Positions 62,106 through 64,000 of a stretch of 64,000 nt of DNA are shown here, piece after piece. The stretch covers positions 704,001-768,000 of the forward strand of contig CAVZSV010000004.1 in assembly GCA_963778115.1 (NCBI GenBank), given 5' to 3'. This DNA is from an uncultured delta proteobacterium. Its GTDB lineage: Bacteria; Bdellovibrionota; FAC87; UBA2466. How positions within the stretch are numbered: the stretch's first letter is position 1; each line of letters opens with the position of its first letter. The translations under genes and the position numbers were made by a program. Under the pieces are notes generated by a model, which was given only the letters and a program-made list of their open reading frames with translations, did not search any database and had not been told where the DNA came from.

Positions 62106-63785
62106 ATGCTATTCATGCGTATTCAATTCACGGGGAGAGTTGCCGCTTTTTGTTTTTTTTGGATAGCTAGCACTGCTCTCGCAAATCAGGTCGGACCGGG
62201 TGCTCATTTGATTAACGGAACGCCGGTAGCCGCAGGGACTCACCAAGAGGTCATCTATCTCACTTCGCTGGGGGCTCAATGCACCGGAGTGGTAGTGGGA
62301 CCTCAAACGATTATCACAGCCGCCCATTGTACTAAGACGGGACAGACAGCGACCTTCACCGTGGGATCCACGACGTACACGGCGACAATGACTCAAAGTT
62401 CCCTTTTCCCTCAACAGGATCACGATATCGCAATTGGAATGACCACTCAGCCAATCCAAGGAGTCACCCCCGCTATCGTGGGAGGAACGGCAACAACAGG
62501 AACTTCGATCACTTTGTTAGGGTATGGATGTACTACCGCGGGGGGCGGCCCTGTGGATGGAGTTCTGCGCATCGGAAATTCCGTTATCACCGGATTCTCC
62601 GATTTTGACATGGTCTCTAGACAAGCGGGGGGTGCGGCCATCTGTTTCGTCGATACGGGAGGACCTGCGTATATCCAAGATGGGACAGCGCTGAAACTAA
62701 TCGGCATTAATTCGAAAGGGAATATCCAAGATACCAATTACGACATCCGCACCGACATTCCCGAGACTCAGACCTTTTTGAAAACTTTTGCCACAACCAA
62801 TAACGTCGTCGTTTGCGGAATCAATTCCGATTGCGGTAATAATCCGCCACCACCTGCTCCCACTTGTACTCTGACTGCAAATCCCAATAGCATCGCTTTA
62901 GGAGCCACCTCGACGGTTTCTATCGTTACGACGAACGCGACTTCAGCCACCATCCAAGGCCAATCGGTTTCCGTCCCCACGGGACAATTGCCGGTAACTC
63001 CGACGGCAGCGGGAGTGACTACCGTGCAAGGGACCGTTCAAGGGGCCAATGGAACTTCGGGAAGTTGCCAGACGACCCTTACGGTTACCAATACTCCGCC
63101 CCCTCCGCCACCTCCGCCGACGTGTACTTTAACGGCTTCACCAGAGACGACCACCATTGGCGATACGGTGACCTTGGAACTGGATACCCAATCGACGACG
63201 GCAACCGCCACCATCGATGGCACTTCCGTTTCCGTTCCTGTCGGTAAGACGATGGTAACCACGACGGTAGCGGGCACTTTTACCGTAAACGGTGTGGTAT
63301 CGAATAGTGCGGGTACGGGAAATTGCTCGACCTCATACACGGTCACAACGACACCCCCGCCTCCGCCTAATACTCCCAACTTTGCCATTGTTCCTTCTTA
63401 CTGTGGGACCAATACACTCACGACTTCGGTGACGAGGGTTTGTCTGGCGGTAGTCGCCAAAGACGCAACCATTACCGATCTACGTCTTACCGACGCGCTA
63501 CTTATCTCCTACAACGACGGAACGACGGAAGTCGCTCCCATCATCACGCGTAAAACTGAGCCCCCTCAGACTGGAGATCTTCGCACCATCGAAGATCTGA
63601 CGACCTACGCGAATGCCGTGATCAATGCGAACACTTACGTCGTATTGGATACTCGTGCCGCGACCCTGACGAGTCTTCCGCCCACCAAGGACGGAACCGT
63701 GCCAGCTTCGCTACAGGGACGAACGCCTAAGGGCGTCTATTTTACGGTGGAGCAATTAACGCCGTTTAATGTGAGTAAGAAGTAG
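62106..63785 (+). CDS. Secreted trypsin-like (S1) protein with a non-canonical catalytic motif, two Ig-like repeats and Pro linkers
   Basis: Signal peptide; LING, TAAHC, HDIA, CFVDTGGP (canonical GDSGGP); PTCTLTA repeats. Confidence 0.85.
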   Translation: MLFMRIQFTGRVAAFCFFWIASTALANQVGPGAHLINGTPVAAGTHQEVIYLTSLGAQCTGVVVGPQTIITAAHCTKTGQTATFTVGSTTYTATMTQSSLFPQQDHDIAIGMTTQPIQGVTPAIVGGTATTGTSITLLGYGCTTAGGGPVDGVLRIGNSVITGFSDFDMVSRQAGGAAICFVDTGGPAYIQDGTALKLIGINSKGNIQDTNYDIRTDIPETQTFLKTFATTNNVVVCGINSDCGNNPPPPAPTCTLTANPNSIALGATSTVSIVTTNATSATIQGQSVSVPTGQLPVTPTAAGVTTVQGTVQGANGTSGSCQTTLTVTNTPPPPPPPPTCTLTASPETTTIGDTVTLELDTQSTTATATIDGTSVSVPVGKTMVTTTVAGTFTVNGVVSNSAGTGNCSTSYTVTTTPPPPPNTPNFAIVPSYCGTNTLTTSVTRVCLAVVAKDATITDLRLTDALLISYNDGTTEVAPIITRKTEPPQTGDLRTIEDLTTYANAVINANTYVVLDTRAATLTSLPPTKDGTVPASLQGRTPKGVYFTVEQLTPFNVSKK

Positions 63786-64000
63786 CCGGGCGGGACAGAG
63801 GATCTAGAAAATAGGTAATAGAGCTATAGCTACGGCTAAATCTAACGATGAGCTATAGCTTTAGCTTTATTGTGTATGTCTAGGTGTTTTTTCAACTCGC
63901 AAACGTCAGTTTCGTCCCCGGAAACTGCAAAATAAAATCCTGCCCAAAAGCTTGTGACGGCGTCAAATATCCCGTTGCTACTTCTCCCCTTGCCACTCTT

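Overview
Gene-dense bacterial chromosomal window (GC roughly 50%) with about 50 CDSs. I see no rRNA, tRNA, CRISPR array, prophage or transposase. Many signal-peptide hypotheticals, a trypsin-like protein and sigma54-type promoters suggest a Bdellovibrionota/Oligoflexia- or deltaproteobacterium-like genome (inference). Housekeeping genes: prfC, lysA, tatAC, uvrD/rep, srkA, frmA-fghA, an ALDH, a MarR-TolC-RND-RND operon and an Fe3+-type ABC pair. The most interesting signal is a dispersed set of normally cytoplasmic nucleotide/cofactor enzymes carrying apparent Sec signal peptides: a glutamine-dependent NAD synthetase, a Nudix hydrolase, an amidoligase-like protein, and a DHH phosphodiesterase resembling NrN (known from SAM-AMP type III CRISPR) with no CRISPR/CorA context. 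Several share a terminal C-x-x-x-[VL] motif. Also notable: a sigma54-driven CxxCH protein/lipoprotein/Tat protein module, two covarying intergenic hairpins, a secreted Gly/Tyr repeat protein and three probable pseudoenzymes. Three single-base frameshifts look like sequencing errors. All family calls come from motif recognition by eye, not database searches.
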